Source: the human T2T-CHM13v2.0 reference genome, Homo sapiens
DNA length: 64,000 nucleotides
NCBI RefSeq assembly: GCF_009914755.1
Contig: NC_060925.1
Strand: one strand, 5' to 3'
Under the pieces are notes generated by a model. It did not search any database, had not been told where the DNA came from, and saw nothing but the letters and a program-made list of their open reading frames with translations. Shown here one piece after another: positions 1-28,344 of this stretch (the first letter of the stretch is position 1; each line of letters begins with the position of its first letter). The position numbers and the translations under genes were made by a program.

Positions 1-115
1 CAAAGAAGAACTGATACCATTTCTACTGAAACTATTCCCAAAAATGTAAAAGAAGGGACTCCCTCCTAATTCATTCTATAAGGCCAGCATCATCCTGATA
101 CCAAAATCTGGCAGA
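1..115 (+). mobile_element. L1 ORF2 fragment
   Basis: CAAAGAAGAACTGATACCATTTCTACTGAAACTATTCC...GAGGCCAGCATCATCCTGATACCAAAA-like sequence from the L1 RT region. Confidence 0.8.
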
Positions 116-169
116 ATTGAGAACGGAGAATTTTTGTACAGTATTTCCCATATTCCTTTGGGATTTTTG

Positions 170-3263
<3,094 letters not shown>

Positions 3264-4489
3264 TAATTGAGTGTCAGGAAGATTTGTTTTTAAATTATGT
3301 ATTTTTAGATAAAATTGTAATTGAAATAAAATATTGGCCTTAGCAATCTGAAGGAATCTTGCAATAAATTTAATTAGTTACTAATAAGTATTTAGTTAGG
3401 TCTACTTGATGCTTTGTACTCTGCTGTTTGAAAATATATTTATATTTGTTCACTTTTTTATTATCTGCTTCCCCCACAGAATGAAAGCGCAATAATCTCA
3501 GGGACTTTTTTTGCAAAATCTTTTTCTCTGATTTATCCATTGTATCTATTATATGACAGGAGTTAAATAAATATTTGCTTAATGAATAAAAATATTCCAG
3601 CAACTAGCTGAATGTTTCCTTTTTCTCCCTCTAGAAAGCCACCTGAGTGTATCTTTGTCTGCCACAAAATCCCAAACTGCTTTTCTCTAACTCACTGTAG
3701 CATTGCTTTATGGAGATTAAACAGAAGTTCACTAACAAATTGCCTCAAAATATTCCCATGGCTACAGTTGGCTTGTGTCATGAAAGTTATTCCTTGGGTA
3801 TCTTACATTATTCCTTTGATAAAAATCTAAGACATGCACAAGAGGTGAGTTTAGACTAGCTGACTACTCTTGGACAACTTTACAGATTGTTAAATTGTTA
3901 TGTTAAAACCAAGAATCAATAGTTACTTTGACATAGATTGGGTTATCCCCTAGTTCAAAATATGAGCATCAGCAGATGCACAGAAGTGCTGAGCTAAGCT
4001 TGTCATTCTTGAAAGCAGAGCCAAATGGGGATTTTCCTAAGATACAGTCAACCCAGACAGGGAATTAGGCAATTTTAGCCCATCTATTTCATCCTCTCTC
4101 TCTGCTCGCATAGTGATTCACAGAAGCAGGAGCAGCTCTGACAGATGGTGCTTAGTAGAACAATTGGTTTGTATGTATTTAACCTGCTCAAAGCGCCAAA
4201 CCTCCCTCTTGCTATCATCAGTGCCTCTCCTGCCCAAAATCTTACCCAGATTTCTTGGTGCTTCTTTTCTTGCCAGAGACTCTCTCTGATGTTATTTTAC
4301 CTGATTTCATTCAGGTAGAAATGGTAGGAAGTGCTTTCCAAACTTACCTAATCTTGAGAATCATCTAAAATATTTATTTTGAAATGCAGCTTCCAAAAGA
4401 ACTACCAAAATAATTATAGCTGAATCGCATCCTGAAAAGCATTCAAAGCAACATGAAAAACAACAATAAAACACAAAAACAGATATACA

Positions 4490-5264
4490 ATTTCTACACC
4501 AATGTTTATAGCAGTATTATCCACAATAGCCACAAGATGAAAGCAACCCACAAGATGAATGCTTACATGGAAAGAAAGCTAACAATATGACTTCAGATAT
4601 TCAGCAACAGATGAATAAAACAAAATGTAGTATATGCATACAATGGAATATTATTCAACCTTAAAGAGGAATGAAATTCTGATACATTTTACAGGATGGA
4701 TAAACTAGAAAGACATTGTGCTAAGTAAAATAAAAATAGGCCAGACACAAAAGGAAAAATATTGTATGATTCTACTTATATGAGGTACCTAGGGTAGTCA
4801 AATTCATAGAGACAGAAGGTGGAATGGTGGTTACCATGGACTGGAGGAGGAGGGAACAGGAATTGGTGTTTAATGGGTAGAGTTTCAGTATGGGATGATG
4901 AAAAAGTTCTGGAGTTAGATGGTGGTAGTGGCTGTACAACGATATGAATATATTGCCAGCACAATAGCTCATGCTTGTATTCCCAGCACTGTGAAAGTCC
5001 AAGGTGGGAGGATCGATTGAGCCCAGGCGTTCAAGACCAGCCAGGGCAACATAGCGAGAACTTGTCTCTACAAAAAATAAAGTTCCAGCTCCTCAGGAGG
5101 CTGAAGTAGCAGGATTACTAGAGCCTGGGAGGTTGAGGCTGCAGTGAGCTGTGATTGTGCCATTGTACTCCAGCCTGGGTGACAAAGCAAGATCCTAGAT
5201 CAAAAAAACCCAAACTATGTAAATATACTTAATGCCATTGAACTGCACACTTTAAAATGGTTAA
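4490..5264 (+). mobile_element. Old L1M (L1MB-like) 3' end interrupted by an AluJ (~4955-5205)
   Basis: TACAATGGAATATTATTCA..CTTAAA..GGAATGAAATTCTGATACAT, GATGAAAAAGTTCTGGAG, ACTTAATGCCATTGAACTG.ACACTTTAAAATGGTTAA. Confidence 0.8.
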
Positions 5265-6376
5265 GGCCAGACACAGTGGTTCACATCTGTAACCCCAGCA
5301 CTTTTGGCTGGCTGAGGTGAGAGAATCACTTGGGGCTAGGATTTTGACACCAGCCTGGGCAACATAGCAAGACCCATGTTTATTTACTTATTTAGAGACA
5401 AGGTCTGACTCTATCACCGAGGCTGGATTGCAATGGCCTGATCTAAGCACACTGCAACCTCTGCCTCCCAGGTTTAAGCCATCCTCCCACCTCAGCCTCC
5501 TGAGTAGCTGGGACTATAGGTGCACACCACCATGCCCAGCTAATTTTTGTATTTTTTGTGGAGACCAGGTTTCGCCATGTTGCCCAAGCGGTTCTCAAAC
5601 TCATGAGCTCAAACAATCCACCTGTCTTGGCCTCCCAAAGTGCTGGGATTACAGATATGAGCCACCACCCCCGGCCTAAGACCCATCTTAAAAAAAATGG
5701 TTAAAATAGTAGATTTTGGCTGGGCATGGTGGCTAACACCTGTAATCCCAGCTCTTTTTGAGAGGCTGAGGCAGGTGGATCGCTTGAGTCCAGAAGTTCG
5801 AAACCAGCCTTGGCAACATAGTGAAATCCCTTCTCTACAAAAAAAAAAAAAAAAAAAAAAATTAGCTGGGCACAGTGGTGCACACCTGTAATCCCAGCTC
5901 CCAGCTTCTGGGGAGGTTAAGGTGGGAGGATGGCTTGAGCCCAGGAAGAGGGGGGTTGCATTGAGTGAGACTGTCTTCACTGTCTCCCAGAAAAAAAAAA
6001 AGGTAGATTTTATGTTATATATATTTTATCACAATTACAAAAACAAATACATAAGACACTCTATTTTCTTTTTTTTTTTTTTTTTCTTTTTTTTGAGACA
6101 GAGTCTCACTCTGGCGCCCAGGCTGGAGTAAAGTGGTGTAATCTTGGCTCACTACAAACTCCGCCCCACCAGGTTGAAGCAATTCTCCCACCTCAGCCTC
6201 CCCAGTAGCTGGGATTACAGGCATGCACCACCATGGCCAATTTATTTTTGTATTTTTAGTAGAGACGGGGTTTCACCATGTTGGCCAGGCTGGTCTCGAA
6301 CTGCTGACGTCAGGTGATCTGCCCGCCTCGGCCTCCCAAAGTGCTGGGATTACAGGTGTGAGCCACTGCACCTGGC
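5265..6376. mobile_element. Alternating-orientation Alu cluster (+5265-5378, -5380-5676, +5718-6000, -6064-6376)
   Basis: Alu consensus matches; AAGACCCAT duplication around the antisense copy. Confidence 0.9.
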
Positions 6377-6875
6377 CAAAACACTCCATAGTTCAGTGAG
6401 ACTAGGATAAAATAGATAAAATCTGCAGACTCCAAAACACCTATTAGGGCAGCTAAAAACAGTGGAGGATAGGCAAAAGTCATATGATAGAAAGTGGAGA
6501 GAAGAAATTTGAAGGATGATGAGAGGTTATTTTTATTAGAGCTCAGGAAATACCAGGGTGGGGGTCACTTTCTGAAAGCGAGGGGCCCAGTCTGCAGTTC
6601 AAAGGCAATATCACTTGTTTGCACAAAGGGTTATGGGAAGTGGGGTAAGCAAGGCTCTTAGCAGAAGCCCTCCTGGACATTGTGTGATCCAGAGAAGTAG
6701 GCATGTAAGGACTACCTAAAGAATTACACAGATAATTCAAACAGATAGGACTGGTATATTTCTGCTGCAAAGGAGAGAGCCTTTGGGTTGTAAAATCTCA
6801 AAGGTTACCCTGACTCACCTCTTTTGCTATGCAATAATCTCCTACAAATAGTTAAGTTAATAGGAATCTAACTCG

Positions 6876-10222
<3,347 letters not shown>

Positions 10223-10974
10223 TCATGGATTGGAAAGTGCTGTATAGGTCTGTCCTAGATTTAGGACTTTATGACTGATGTGTCAGAACTTCTCCTCTAG
10301 CTCCCCATCTCCATGTCTCAATCCCTAAGAGTTAACAGATAGAAAGAGCCCAATAAATGTGGAAGGAAGGAAGAAAAGGAGAAGGGAAGAATGAGTGAAG
10401 GAGCTGAAAAAAAGAATAAACCCAAGATGTTTTCTTTTATTTATAAAGTAGAAGAAAAAGGAAGTTTCCAATTTATCTCAGTTTGTTTCGGCCCACCCAT
10501 CACCATCCCTCTGCCAATAAAAAATGTTAACTGAGGCATACAGTTACATTCTATACCCCCAGTTCCAAAGAAAAGATTTTGAAAAGACACACACTTAGGT
10601 TGACTGCAAAATAAATCTCTAAGCCTCCCTGAGTAAGATACTATTTGGATAGTATTTAATAGAGGTATTTGTTATACCTAAATCATAATACTAACAAAAA
10701 CCAACAACAACAAAAAAGTGATTACAACTACGATTTAGTGTAAAAAGCTTCAAATAAAAGATGGTTTTGTGTAAGGGAGGGCCAATTTACCCTTTTCTGT
10801 TGTAAAAAACATATATAATTTTAACTTTTGAATTCTCCACACAAGCAGTATTCAACCCTGTAAACACCTTTTGTTCATGCTTCTGCCAAACACATTTTCT
10901 AGTAGCCACATTTATTTTAATTTAATTTCTTCCAAACACACTATTTTGTTTTTTTGTTTGTTTGTTTTTTGTGA

Positions 10975-11351
<377 letters not shown>

Positions 11352-11731
11352 TAGCATGTTCCTGATTTCACTTCTTTGTAGCTGAGGAAAATAGTCATAT
11401 TAAGTCTGAAACTGAATTAACTCTCATTTTTTAAAAAAGCTGGGTGAGTTAAATTACCAACAGTTTTGATTGATAAGATATTTTATAATGTCATAAATAC
11501 TGGAAGCAAGAGCATAAATTGTCTGGAAACAACTAGGTCATCTTTTACTACAAATAAATATTATTGCCAGCGGATTTCAAAGATTCACTTAAGTACTGCA
11601 AAAACCGTAAGGTAGGTTCTTGAATGCGACTATTTGGCTGAAAACTCTAGATTATTCTTGGAAAGAAACTAGCACCAGGAGAGACAATGTTAGCACTAAG
11701 GAACACATCCAAGTCATGCAGCACCAAAGTA

Positions 11732-12427
11732 TGTGAGCAGTGGCGAATCTATATGAGTCTGAAGCAACCTCAATTCTTGCCTTGTCGGAGGAAAGAATTC
11801 ATCCAAGTGCCATAAGGTAGAGGGAGAGACCAAGGCAAGTTTTAGAGCAGGAGTGAAAGTTTGTTAAAAAGCTTTAAAGTGGAACCAAAGGAAGTAAAGT
11901 ACCCTTGGAAGAGGGCCAAGCAGACAACTTGTGAGATTCACGTGCATGGTGTGACCTTTGATTTGGGGTCTTATATGTTGGCATGCTTTTGGGGTCTTCT
12001 GTTACTTCTCCCTGATCCCTTGAGGTGAGCTGTCTGCATGCACAGTGGCCTGCTAGCCCATAGGAGGGGCCACATGCACAGTATGTTTACTGAAATTGTA
12101 CACATGTTCACCTGAGGCATTCTTCCCTTACCAGCTAAGTGTTCCTAGAAGGAGGTCATATACCAGTTAAACTCTGCCATTTTGCCTCTTAGTGAACATG
12201 CTTGAGCCCACTTGCCTAACTCCTGAAATCTTACAGGGAAGTTGCCGATCACCAGCTTCAGGTGTTTATTTATTGGGAGACTGCCTGTCCCTGGCATCAG
12301 CTGAGACCAATTATTATTTTACAGAGACAGTTTAACAACTACCTGACCATCACCTGATGGTCACTTGACATTACTGGTAGGGACAGCCCTCTCCTGCCCT
12401 AGCCATGTCTGACTATCTACTGTAACA
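11732..12427 (-). mobile_element. ERV1 solo LTR, LTR9-like
   Basis: TG...CA termini, ~700 bp. GAGACCAAGGCAAGTTTTAGAGCAGGAGTGAAAGTTT and TGACCATCACCTGATGGTCA motifs. Subfamily assigned from memory. Confidence 0.72.
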
Positions 12428-12860
12428 AAAATAACAGGCTCTTGGCAGGAGAAGGAGTGCTATGAAGAGTATTCTATTATCATATGAAGGAATGGGTATG
12501 GGGTTCAAAGTCAGTTGCCATTAAGTGCATACGTTTTTAAAGTCTAATTGTTCTAAACTATCTCAACCAAAGGATAATTGTGGTCTTTATTTCCATGAAG
12601 CTATGCTCAAGGATACATAGAACTGGAAGATTATTGAGCTCATCCAGTCTAGTTTGCTCATTTTACCATAGGAAACTGAAGATCAGAAATGTGGCCTGCT
12701 CATGGTGACCAGATCACAAGGTCCTTTTGAATCCCCTTGCCTCAGCAGCAATTGCACCAAGCACACATTATTTGATAAAAAGGTGATGAATTTATATTCA
12801 TGAACAAAGAATGAATAGTGTCATCATCATTTACATTCTAGACGTGCTTCGGGGAAAAGG

Positions 12861-13244
12861 TGTTATGCACTGAATGTTTATGTCTTCCCAAAATTCGTAT
12901 GTTGAAGAGTTAACTCCTGATGTGATGGTGTTAGGAGGTGAGGCCTTTGGGAAGTAATTAGGTTTAGATGATGCCATGAGAGTAGAGTCCCCATGATACA
13001 ATTAGTGCTCTTATAAAAAGAGATACCAAATCAAGCTCTCTCTCTCTCTCTCTTTCTGTCCCGCATGTGAGGATACAGCAAGAAGACGGCCACTTGCAAG
13101 CCAGGAAGAGAGCCCTCACCAGAAACCAAACTGGCCAGCACCTTGATCTTGGACTTCCCAGCCTCCAAAACTGTGAGAAATAAATGTCTGTTTAACCACA
13201 CAGTCTATGGTATTTTGTTATAGCAACCCAAGCTGACTAAGACA
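12861..13244 (+). mobile_element. MaLR solo LTR, MLT1A-like
   Basis: TGTTATG..CTGAATGTTT...GACTTCCCAGCCTCCAAAACTGTGAGAAATAAAT...GACTAAGACA; 5-bp TSD AAAGG/GAAGG. Confidence 0.85.
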
Positions 13245-13561
13245 GAAGGTTTCCCAAAAGAAAGATTTCTAAAAGAGGGTGAAGTAAAAATATGATGTAG
13301 AATATATCACGGAGAAAATCCTTTTAAAGAATATTTTATTGTGGAAATTTTTTTAATTCATAAAATGAGAGAATATAATGAATCCCTATCACCACTTTAA
13401 ACAGTTATCAATATTCTGCCATTCTTATTACAAATGTATTCCCCTACATTCTTTTTCATTTCGCTTTGTTTTGTTTAGTGGAACATTTTGCTTTTTTCAT
13501 ATTAATTTTTTTATTTTTATTAACTTACCACCATACTAATCGAGATGGTATATTTTTTTAA

Positions 13562-18500
<4,939 letters not shown>

Positions 18501-18574
18501 TTAAGGAGACTGAAATCCTAAATCCTAGTCCACAGAAATACCTACTGGCATTCAATATATTGCTAAAATAATTA

Positions 18575-19220
18575 ATTGGGAAACCATTAGGCTGAGAAGG
18601 CTGCAGTGCCTTGGGTTCCTACATAAGCAAACCAAAAGCCCACTCAGTGTAAACAGTAAAACAAAACATAAGCTTAACCAGTCAGAAACCATAAACTGGC
18701 TGGGTGTGGTGGCTCGCTCATGCCTGTAATCTCAGTACCTTGGGAGGCCAAGGTGGGCGCATTTCCTTGAGGTCAGGAGTTTGAGACCAGCCTGGGCAAC
18801 ACGGTGAAACCCCATCTCACCAGGCAACGTGAGCGTGCGCCTATAGTCCCAGCTATTCAGGAGGCTAAGGTGGGAGAATCTCTTGAGCTTGGGAGGTTGA
18901 GCAGAGCACTGAGCTGTGATTGTGCCACTGCCCTTCAGCCGTGGCAACAGAGTGAGACCCTGTTTCAAAAAGAAAAGAAAAGAAACCACAAGCTAACCTT
19001 TAACTAGAGACATTAACAATCATAAACTGCCAACTCTAACCTCTAACTAGGGACTTTTCTCTTTAACCAAATATTTTATTTGTCTTGCTTGTGCGAGCAC
19101 CTTATAAAAATTTCCCCCTCATGTTCCCTCAGTGGAGTCCTGAACCACTTGTGATCCAGTGCTGCTTAATTCGTGAATCACTGAATGTTTAAATAAACTC
19201 ATTAAAATTTTAAGGTGCTG
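18575..19220 (+). mobile_element. ERV1-class LTR interrupted by an Alu (18698-18985)
   Basis: LTR-like layout: TATAAAA at ~19104, AATAAA at ~19192; AGAAACCA TSD around the Alu. Family uncertain. Confidence 0.5.
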
Positions 19221-19473
19221 AGGGCCAGGCGCCCTAGCTTGTGCCTGTAATCCCAGCTACTTGAGAGGCTGAGGCAGGAGGATCATTTGAGCCCAGGCGT
19301 TGGGGCTGTAGTGAGCTACGATTGTACCACTACACTCCAGACTGGGTGACAGAGCAAGATCCTGTGTCTGAAGAAATAAATAAATAAAAATTTTATCTTG
19401 CTATGTACTGTTTACTTTGTATATGCCAGGCATAGTAGAGGATACAAAATAATTATAAAGTTTGATACCTGCA

Positions 19474-19834
19474 TGTATTAGTCCGTTTTCACACTGTTAA
19501 TAAAGACATATCTGAGACTGGGTAATTTATAAAGAAAAAGAGGTTTAATGGACTCACAGTTCCACATGACTGGAGAGGCCTCACAATCATGGCAGAAGGC
19601 AAGGAGGAGCAATGCCATGTCTTACATGGCAGCAGACAAGAGAGAGTGTGCAGGGGAACTGCGCTTTATAAAACCATCAGATTTCCTGAACTTATGCACT
19701 CACGAGAACAGCACGGGAAAAACCCACTCCCATGAATCAATTACCCCCCACCAGATCTCTCTCACAACACATGGGGATTATGGGAATTACAATTCAAGAT
19801 GAGATTTGGGTGGGGACGCAGCCAAACTATATCA
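19474..19834 (-). mobile_element. THE1 (MaLR) solo LTR
   Basis: TGTATTAGTCCGTTTTCACAC...GAGGTTTAATGGACTCACAGTTCCACATG...GAGATTTGGGTGGGGAC.CAGCCAAAC.ATATCA. Confidence 0.9.
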
Positions 19835-20314
19835 GTGCCCTTGGATACTTTTTACATTTAATGTTGGAAAGAGGAAAAAATGTGTCATATCCTATGCTAA
19901 GAACTTTGTTGACATCATTTAATTCATTCCTTGGAGCAATTATGTAAGAGGTGTGGTGCGGGATGTATTATTATCTCTATCTCACAGGTTAAAAAAAAGA
20001 AAAAAAAAATCCTACAAAGGCTCAAGAGGTAAAATACCAGCTAAAGGTTATATATTGGCACAGTTTGAATTTGAACTTCCCTGACTCAGAACCCAAGCTA
20101 TTGTCACTAGCCTATTATACATGCAAGTGCAATGGAAGTTACTATCCATTCAATATCTACCCAAGAAATATAAAATATGCCTTTACTGTGCACTAGGCCC
20201 TGATGTAAATACAGATCACACATGGCAGACATTTAATAGTCACAGCAATGAGTATTATGAAGGAAAACTGTAGGATGTTACACAGTAGCCTGTAACCAGT
20301 AACTTATCTTGGTC

Positions 20315-20779
20315 TGTTAAAGAAAGAATTGTTCTAACACTCGTTAAAGACGGTAAAGCTGACTTTATTGGAGGAGGGCCATGGCAATGGGTATAGAAAC
20401 AACTGTAATGAGGTCTTGCAGTGGGGGAAGGAGATTAGACTCAACTCTGACTCCAACAAAAACAAGGGAAATTTGTAACCAAGTAGCGAGATGGGAGTCA
20501 AGTCAGTGGTTGGAAAATTACTTAGAGGGAACATCAAGGATAAGGAGATTTCTGGCTAAATCAACTTCATAGTATTATTGTTAAGGTTAGCCTAGAGTGG
20601 TAAGATATGGGGGTAATGAGATAACAAGGGTGGGGAATTTTTCACTAAATCGACTTAGTGGGATTTTTGTTCAAACTGGATTCTATGAGGACAGAGAGGG
20701 AAGCCCAGAGAGGTTTATTCAAGCAGAGGACTCAGAGGAGGCTGATTAGAGTTTTGGTGAAAGGAGAGAGTCTTTGGCA
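20315..20779 (-). mobile_element. ERV1 solo LTR, MER31-like
   Basis: TG...CA termini with a perfect 4-bp TSD GGTC (20311-20314 / 20780-20783). Confidence 0.78.
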
Positions 20780-21749
20780 GGTCTAAGGATTCAGCAAGTA
20801 GCTGAATCCTAAGTCCAGCAACTCTACTTTCTAGTTTCATGATTTGGGGGAAGGAACAGTTTATTATCTGCAAAATAAGGGATATAATGCAAATCGTAAG
20901 TTTTGTGAGACTTACCAGATAAAATGTTAAAAGCACAGAATCTAACAAAAAGTAAGCGCTCAATAAACATTACTTAGCAATTACTTTAAACATACATATT
21001 AAATAAATATTACATTTAAATATTCGTATCTTTTTATGATCAGGCCTGGAGAAAATTTAAGATGATGCAAATGCAGGGATAAAAGCAGATGAAAATGAGC
21101 AGTAGAAACAGAGGAAGGAGCACAGTCAAAGGCCCTGAGGCATGAGAAGCAAGGCATCACAGAACTCGGTTTTAAGGTCCAGTCCTGCCTGGCTGAAAAA
21201 AAGAGAACCCTGCCAGGGGAAGCTGGAAAGATGGGTAAGGGACACACCAAAATGTCAAAATTTATCAACTTACATACTTTAATTTTTTATTTATTATTAT
21301 TTTTTAAATTGAGCTGAGGCTTTTGCTATGTTGTCAAGGCTGGTCTCAAACATCTGGGCTCAAATGATCCTCCCACCTTGGCCTCCTGAGTAGCTGGAAC
21401 TACAAGTGTGCACTGCCACACCTGGCTGACCTGTATGCTCTAAACATACACAGCATACTGGATGTCATACATACCTCAACAAATCAATTCAGTGTAATAA
21501 AATTATAAGAAAAAATAAGTCACTTTGATAAAGACAAAGGTAAAGAGAGGAAAACAAAATAGCAGTGACCTTAATAGTTTACTTAAATGACATATGGTGG
21601 TGACTTAGATTACAATGGTGGCAACTGGAATGGGGAAAAAAAATAAGGACTTGGCGATTGATTAGATATAGTGATTTTCAGGATAAAGGAGAAAATGACA
21701 TCTGGTGGATTTTCCTGATTTCTGGCTTCAGCAAACTGGATAGATGATG

Positions 21750-22188
21750 GTATTGCAGGCTGGCTTCTTTGGGGTAACAGTCAAATTAGCATGCAGAACA
21801 CTAACTAGCATGCTTTGGGGAACACCAGGGGAAAGGAGGAGAGAGAAGCAGAATCAGACAGACTGAGAAGTTGATCTATGATAAGTCCCAATGAAGGCTT
21901 TTGCCAACAGTACATGAAGTTCTGAAACTGAAGTATCCGTTCATAATGGTCCTCAGATGAGATAAAAGGCCCAGATCTTTGTACCCTCACACCAATCAGT
22001 CATTTAGATGGTGGATGCCTCTGAAAAGAGTTGTGACCTTGGGCAAGGCAGTTCTCATTAGCTGAGGCAATCTCAAAAGAAGGTTTAGTCTCAAAGAGGG
22101 CTATTCTCACCCAGCACTCCCAAGAACTCTAAAATCAGTCATTCCTTCCCCAGGAGGGACTGGGCAGCACATCTCAGTGTCCACCACA
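21750..22188 (-). mobile_element. ERVL LTR, LTR16-like
   Basis: Reverse strand begins TGTGGTGGACACTGAGATGTGCTGCCCAG. Confidence 0.5.
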
Positions 22189-22264
22189 GGTGGTGGTTCT
22201 CTCACTGAGACACAGAACCCTTACCTCAAATGGATAACAACTTTACATATTACAAAAACACAAG

Positions 22265-22749
22265 GGAGGCGTGGTGGCTCACGCCTGTAATCCCAGCACT
22301 TTGGGAGGCCGTGGCGGGAAGATCACTTGAGGCCAGGAGTTCAAAACAAGCCTGGCCAATATGGCAAAACCCCATCTCTACTAAAAATACAAAAATTAGC
22401 TGGGTATGGTGGTGCATTCCTGTAATCCTAGCTACTTGGGAGGCTGAGGCAGGAGAATCAATTGAGCCCAGGAAGTTGCAGTGAACCAAGATTGTGCTAC
22501 TGCACTCCAGCGTGGACAACAGAGCCAGACCTTGTCTCAAAATAAAATAAAATAAAAAACTCAAACAAACAAACAAACAAAAAAACACAACCATCAGTCA
22601 AGTGCTATACTAGCTTGTTAATAAAATTTTAAATTTGCAGCTAGACATATGCCTGTAATCCCAGCACTCTGGGAGGTCAAGGCAGGAGGATCCCTTGAGC
22701 TCAGGAGTTTGAGACCAGCCTAAGCAGCATAGTGAGACCCTCATCTCTA

Positions 22750-22780
<31 letters not shown>

Positions 22781-22826
22781 GGAAAGGAAAGAAAAAGAAA
22801 GAAAGAAAGAAAGAAAAGGAAAGAAA

Positions 22827-22870
<44 letters not shown>

Positions 22871-23035
22871 ATGAAAGAAAGAAAGAAAGAAAGATTGATT
22901 AGCTGGGCAAGGTGGTACACACCTGTAGTCCCAGCTACTTGGGAGGCTGAGGCAGGAGAATCACATGAGCCTTGGCAGTTGAAGCTGCAGTGAGCTGTGA
23001 TCAGCCTCTGCACTCTAGCCTGGGTGGCAAAATAA
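22265..23035 (+). mobile_element. Two sense Alus; the second has a ~140-bp A/(GAAA)n expansion in its central linker (22751-22893)
   Basis: Left arm ends CATCTCTAC, the repeat follows, then TTAGCTGGGC starts the right arm. Confidence 0.92.
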
Positions 23036-23893
23036 ATACATTCTGCATTTAATGGTCACAAATGGGTTTTAGAATGCTTGCCTTCTGAAATCACACCATT
23101 GCAAGAGTAACTCCCTAGTTTCTTAAGAGAATAATGATGGAGTTTCTGTGGAAGTAAAAACAATCTGAGGAAACAATCCAGCCCTGCCTACTTCTCTCAA
23201 CCCCTACTGCAGGATTCAAGCCTCCTCTCACTACTCCTTGGATTATCATTACAGCCCCTGAAACAGCTGCTCTTGTGCCAGGCAAACCATTCTTCACATT
23301 TCAGCTAAAGAAAAGCTTCAGACATTAACCATTTACAGCTCCAGCAGCTAGCACAATCACTGGTACATAGTTTATACTCAATTAATACTTGTTGAAAGAA
23401 AAAGTCACTAAGGAATAAAATATATTAAGCTGTCTTTCCTATGTGATATCATAAAACTTACACATTTTATCTAGATTACGTAATATCCCAGTTTAAATCT
23501 AATCATTGGCTCCTATTGCCCTCAGTCATACAAAGTCAGTTTACATGACTTTTTGCAATCTGGTCTCTGATCATCTCTGAAGTTTTGCTTTTTTGCCCCT
23601 TTTTTCACCTTTCTCCCCCCTCCACCTCTTCCCTTTTACTTTATGAACAACAGAGCTATCAAGATGCTTTTTAAAATCCTCAAACATGCCATGCTCCATT
23701 TGGCTTTTGGGATCTTTCCATACGCTGGTCTCTCTGCCTGAAACATTCTTCACCCTTCACTATATGCAAGTTAACTGCCTCCCTTTCCCCAAAACTTGCC
23801 CCATCACTTCCTGTCATATCTGCACACACACACATACAGACACACACCCTCACTCATAACATATATTCACATGAGTATCTAATTCCTATAAAC

Positions 23894-24640
<747 letters not shown>

Positions 24641-24655
24641 GGCTACATTCCCTGA

Positions 24656-25408
<753 letters not shown>

Positions 25409-25961
25409 TCACTTTTAATCATAATTACTTATAATTTCACCCCACTCTCATCCCACTTGAATAGAATCTCCTGAGAACAGGAATTTAAACTGTTTTATTC
25501 ATTTTTATGTCTTCCTTAGCCTGATATATCATGACTTTTTTTTTTTTTAGACAGAGTTTTGCTCTGTTTTCCAGGCTGGAAAGCAGTGGCAAGATCATAG
25601 CTCACTGCAGCCTCAAACGCCTGGGGTCAAGAGATCCTCCAGCCTCAGCCTCTCAAGTAGCTGAGATTATAGGCACACACCTGGCTAATACATAAGTAAT
25701 ATGGAATATTGTTCTTTTGTTTTTTATGGAATATTGAAATGAAGAGTTTCATTTCACTGCAATTCCCCAAGGCTGTTAAATACTTTGAGATGCTTTCTCT
25801 CAATTCTCTTTCAATCACTATTCCCCTTTCTCTCTTCTATCAAGACCATGCCCTATGAAGTTAACAATGGTCCAACCTCTAGAGAATTGCACTAATTCCC
25901 ATTTGAAGCAATTATTCACTAAGACTCTCAGCAGCTCATAGAAATATTTCTGAAACAATCA

Positions 25962-26234
<273 letters not shown>

Positions 26235-26963
26235 CTAAAAATTATTCAAAATACCTAGTCCCAATGGTAACCAAAAAAAGTACTATCAATCTTACTTCTC
26301 TTAATTACTATGAAGCAATAAAATATTTGACATCAGATAGTTTTATTTATACATATACCCAATTGGTTGGGCAGCAGATACATAAAAAGTCTCGTATACT
26401 TTAAGAAATGCTACAAGCGACAGCCAGAGTTACAATTTTAATTTATTGGGCACTGTATTCATATTCATTAGTAATATCTCACGGATCTGCTTTTTGGCCT
26501 AAAAACTTAAGAAATTACAATTTTCTGTATCTTCAGTTACCACCTGGCTATTTTCCTTTTTTAAGCTTTTCCTGTTCTGCCTTTGTTGTGGCCCCTTTCC
26601 CTTTGTGATCTTCCCCTTCAGATCAGTGCCTTTTATCGCTACTCATTTGCTGACTCAGGTGAATTTACAGCCTAAGGCAAAAATGGGAGCCAGCAAAGTT
26701 TGTTTTCTCAGTCTCTCCCCTCTTTCCCTCCCTTCTTCCTGCAGCTCTGTGAGGGACTAAATCTTCCAGATATTCTGTGCTTATTAACAACACAGCACCC
26801 TCTTGACTTGGAATCCATAGCTGTAAGAACTTAGTTTCTCCTGTCAGCTAAGAAAACTCTGGGAAAATTTTTGGTGGACAGTAAATGCCAGGTAATCCAA
26901 ACTTCATTAATTTATGACGTAACAAATAAATACAACTTTTAGCCAAACTGTCCCCTTTATTCA

Positions 26964-27336
<373 letters not shown>

Positions 27337-27465
27337 TTATCCTACTTGGCCAGGCGCGGTGGCTCACGCCTGTAATCCTAGCACTTTGGGATGCTGAGGC
27401 AGGTGGATTGCCTGAGCTCAGGAGTTCGAAACCAGCCTGGGGAACACGGTAAAGCCCCATCTCTA

Positions 27466-27666
<201 letters not shown>

Positions 27667-27726
27667 TTATCGTACTTTATATATAATGTAAAATTTTACA
27701 TATAACATATAATATAAACATTATAA

Positions 27727-27945
<219 letters not shown>

Positions 27946-28344
27946 TAGTAGAGACGGGGTTTCACTGTGTTAGCCAGGATTGTCTCGATCTCCTGACCTC
28001 AGGTGATCTGCCCGCCTCGGCCTCCCAAAGTGCTGGGATTACAGGTGTGAGCCTCCATGCTTGGCCCATTTTTTTCTTAGTTTTTGTTTTTTCTGGACCC
28101 CCCGCAAAGGTGATTTGTTGAAGAACTATCAACATTTTTCTTATCTTTATTAGCAAATGTACAACATCTGTTGATGTTTATAAACCGAGATTACATTTTC
28201 ATGCAGTATTTGGGTATTCTGGTTTTCTTTACACCAGGCTTATCATGTTTCATAGTTTTTAACTAAATATGATTTGCTGGATCATTCATAAAAAGAAAAC
28301 AAAATTGTCAAATGCACCTAAACACTTAAGAAACACAACTGCTG

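Noticed and set aside
12344-12363. Palindrome TGACCATCACCTGATGGTCA
   Set aside because: Appears to be a native feature of the LTR family rather than locus-specific.
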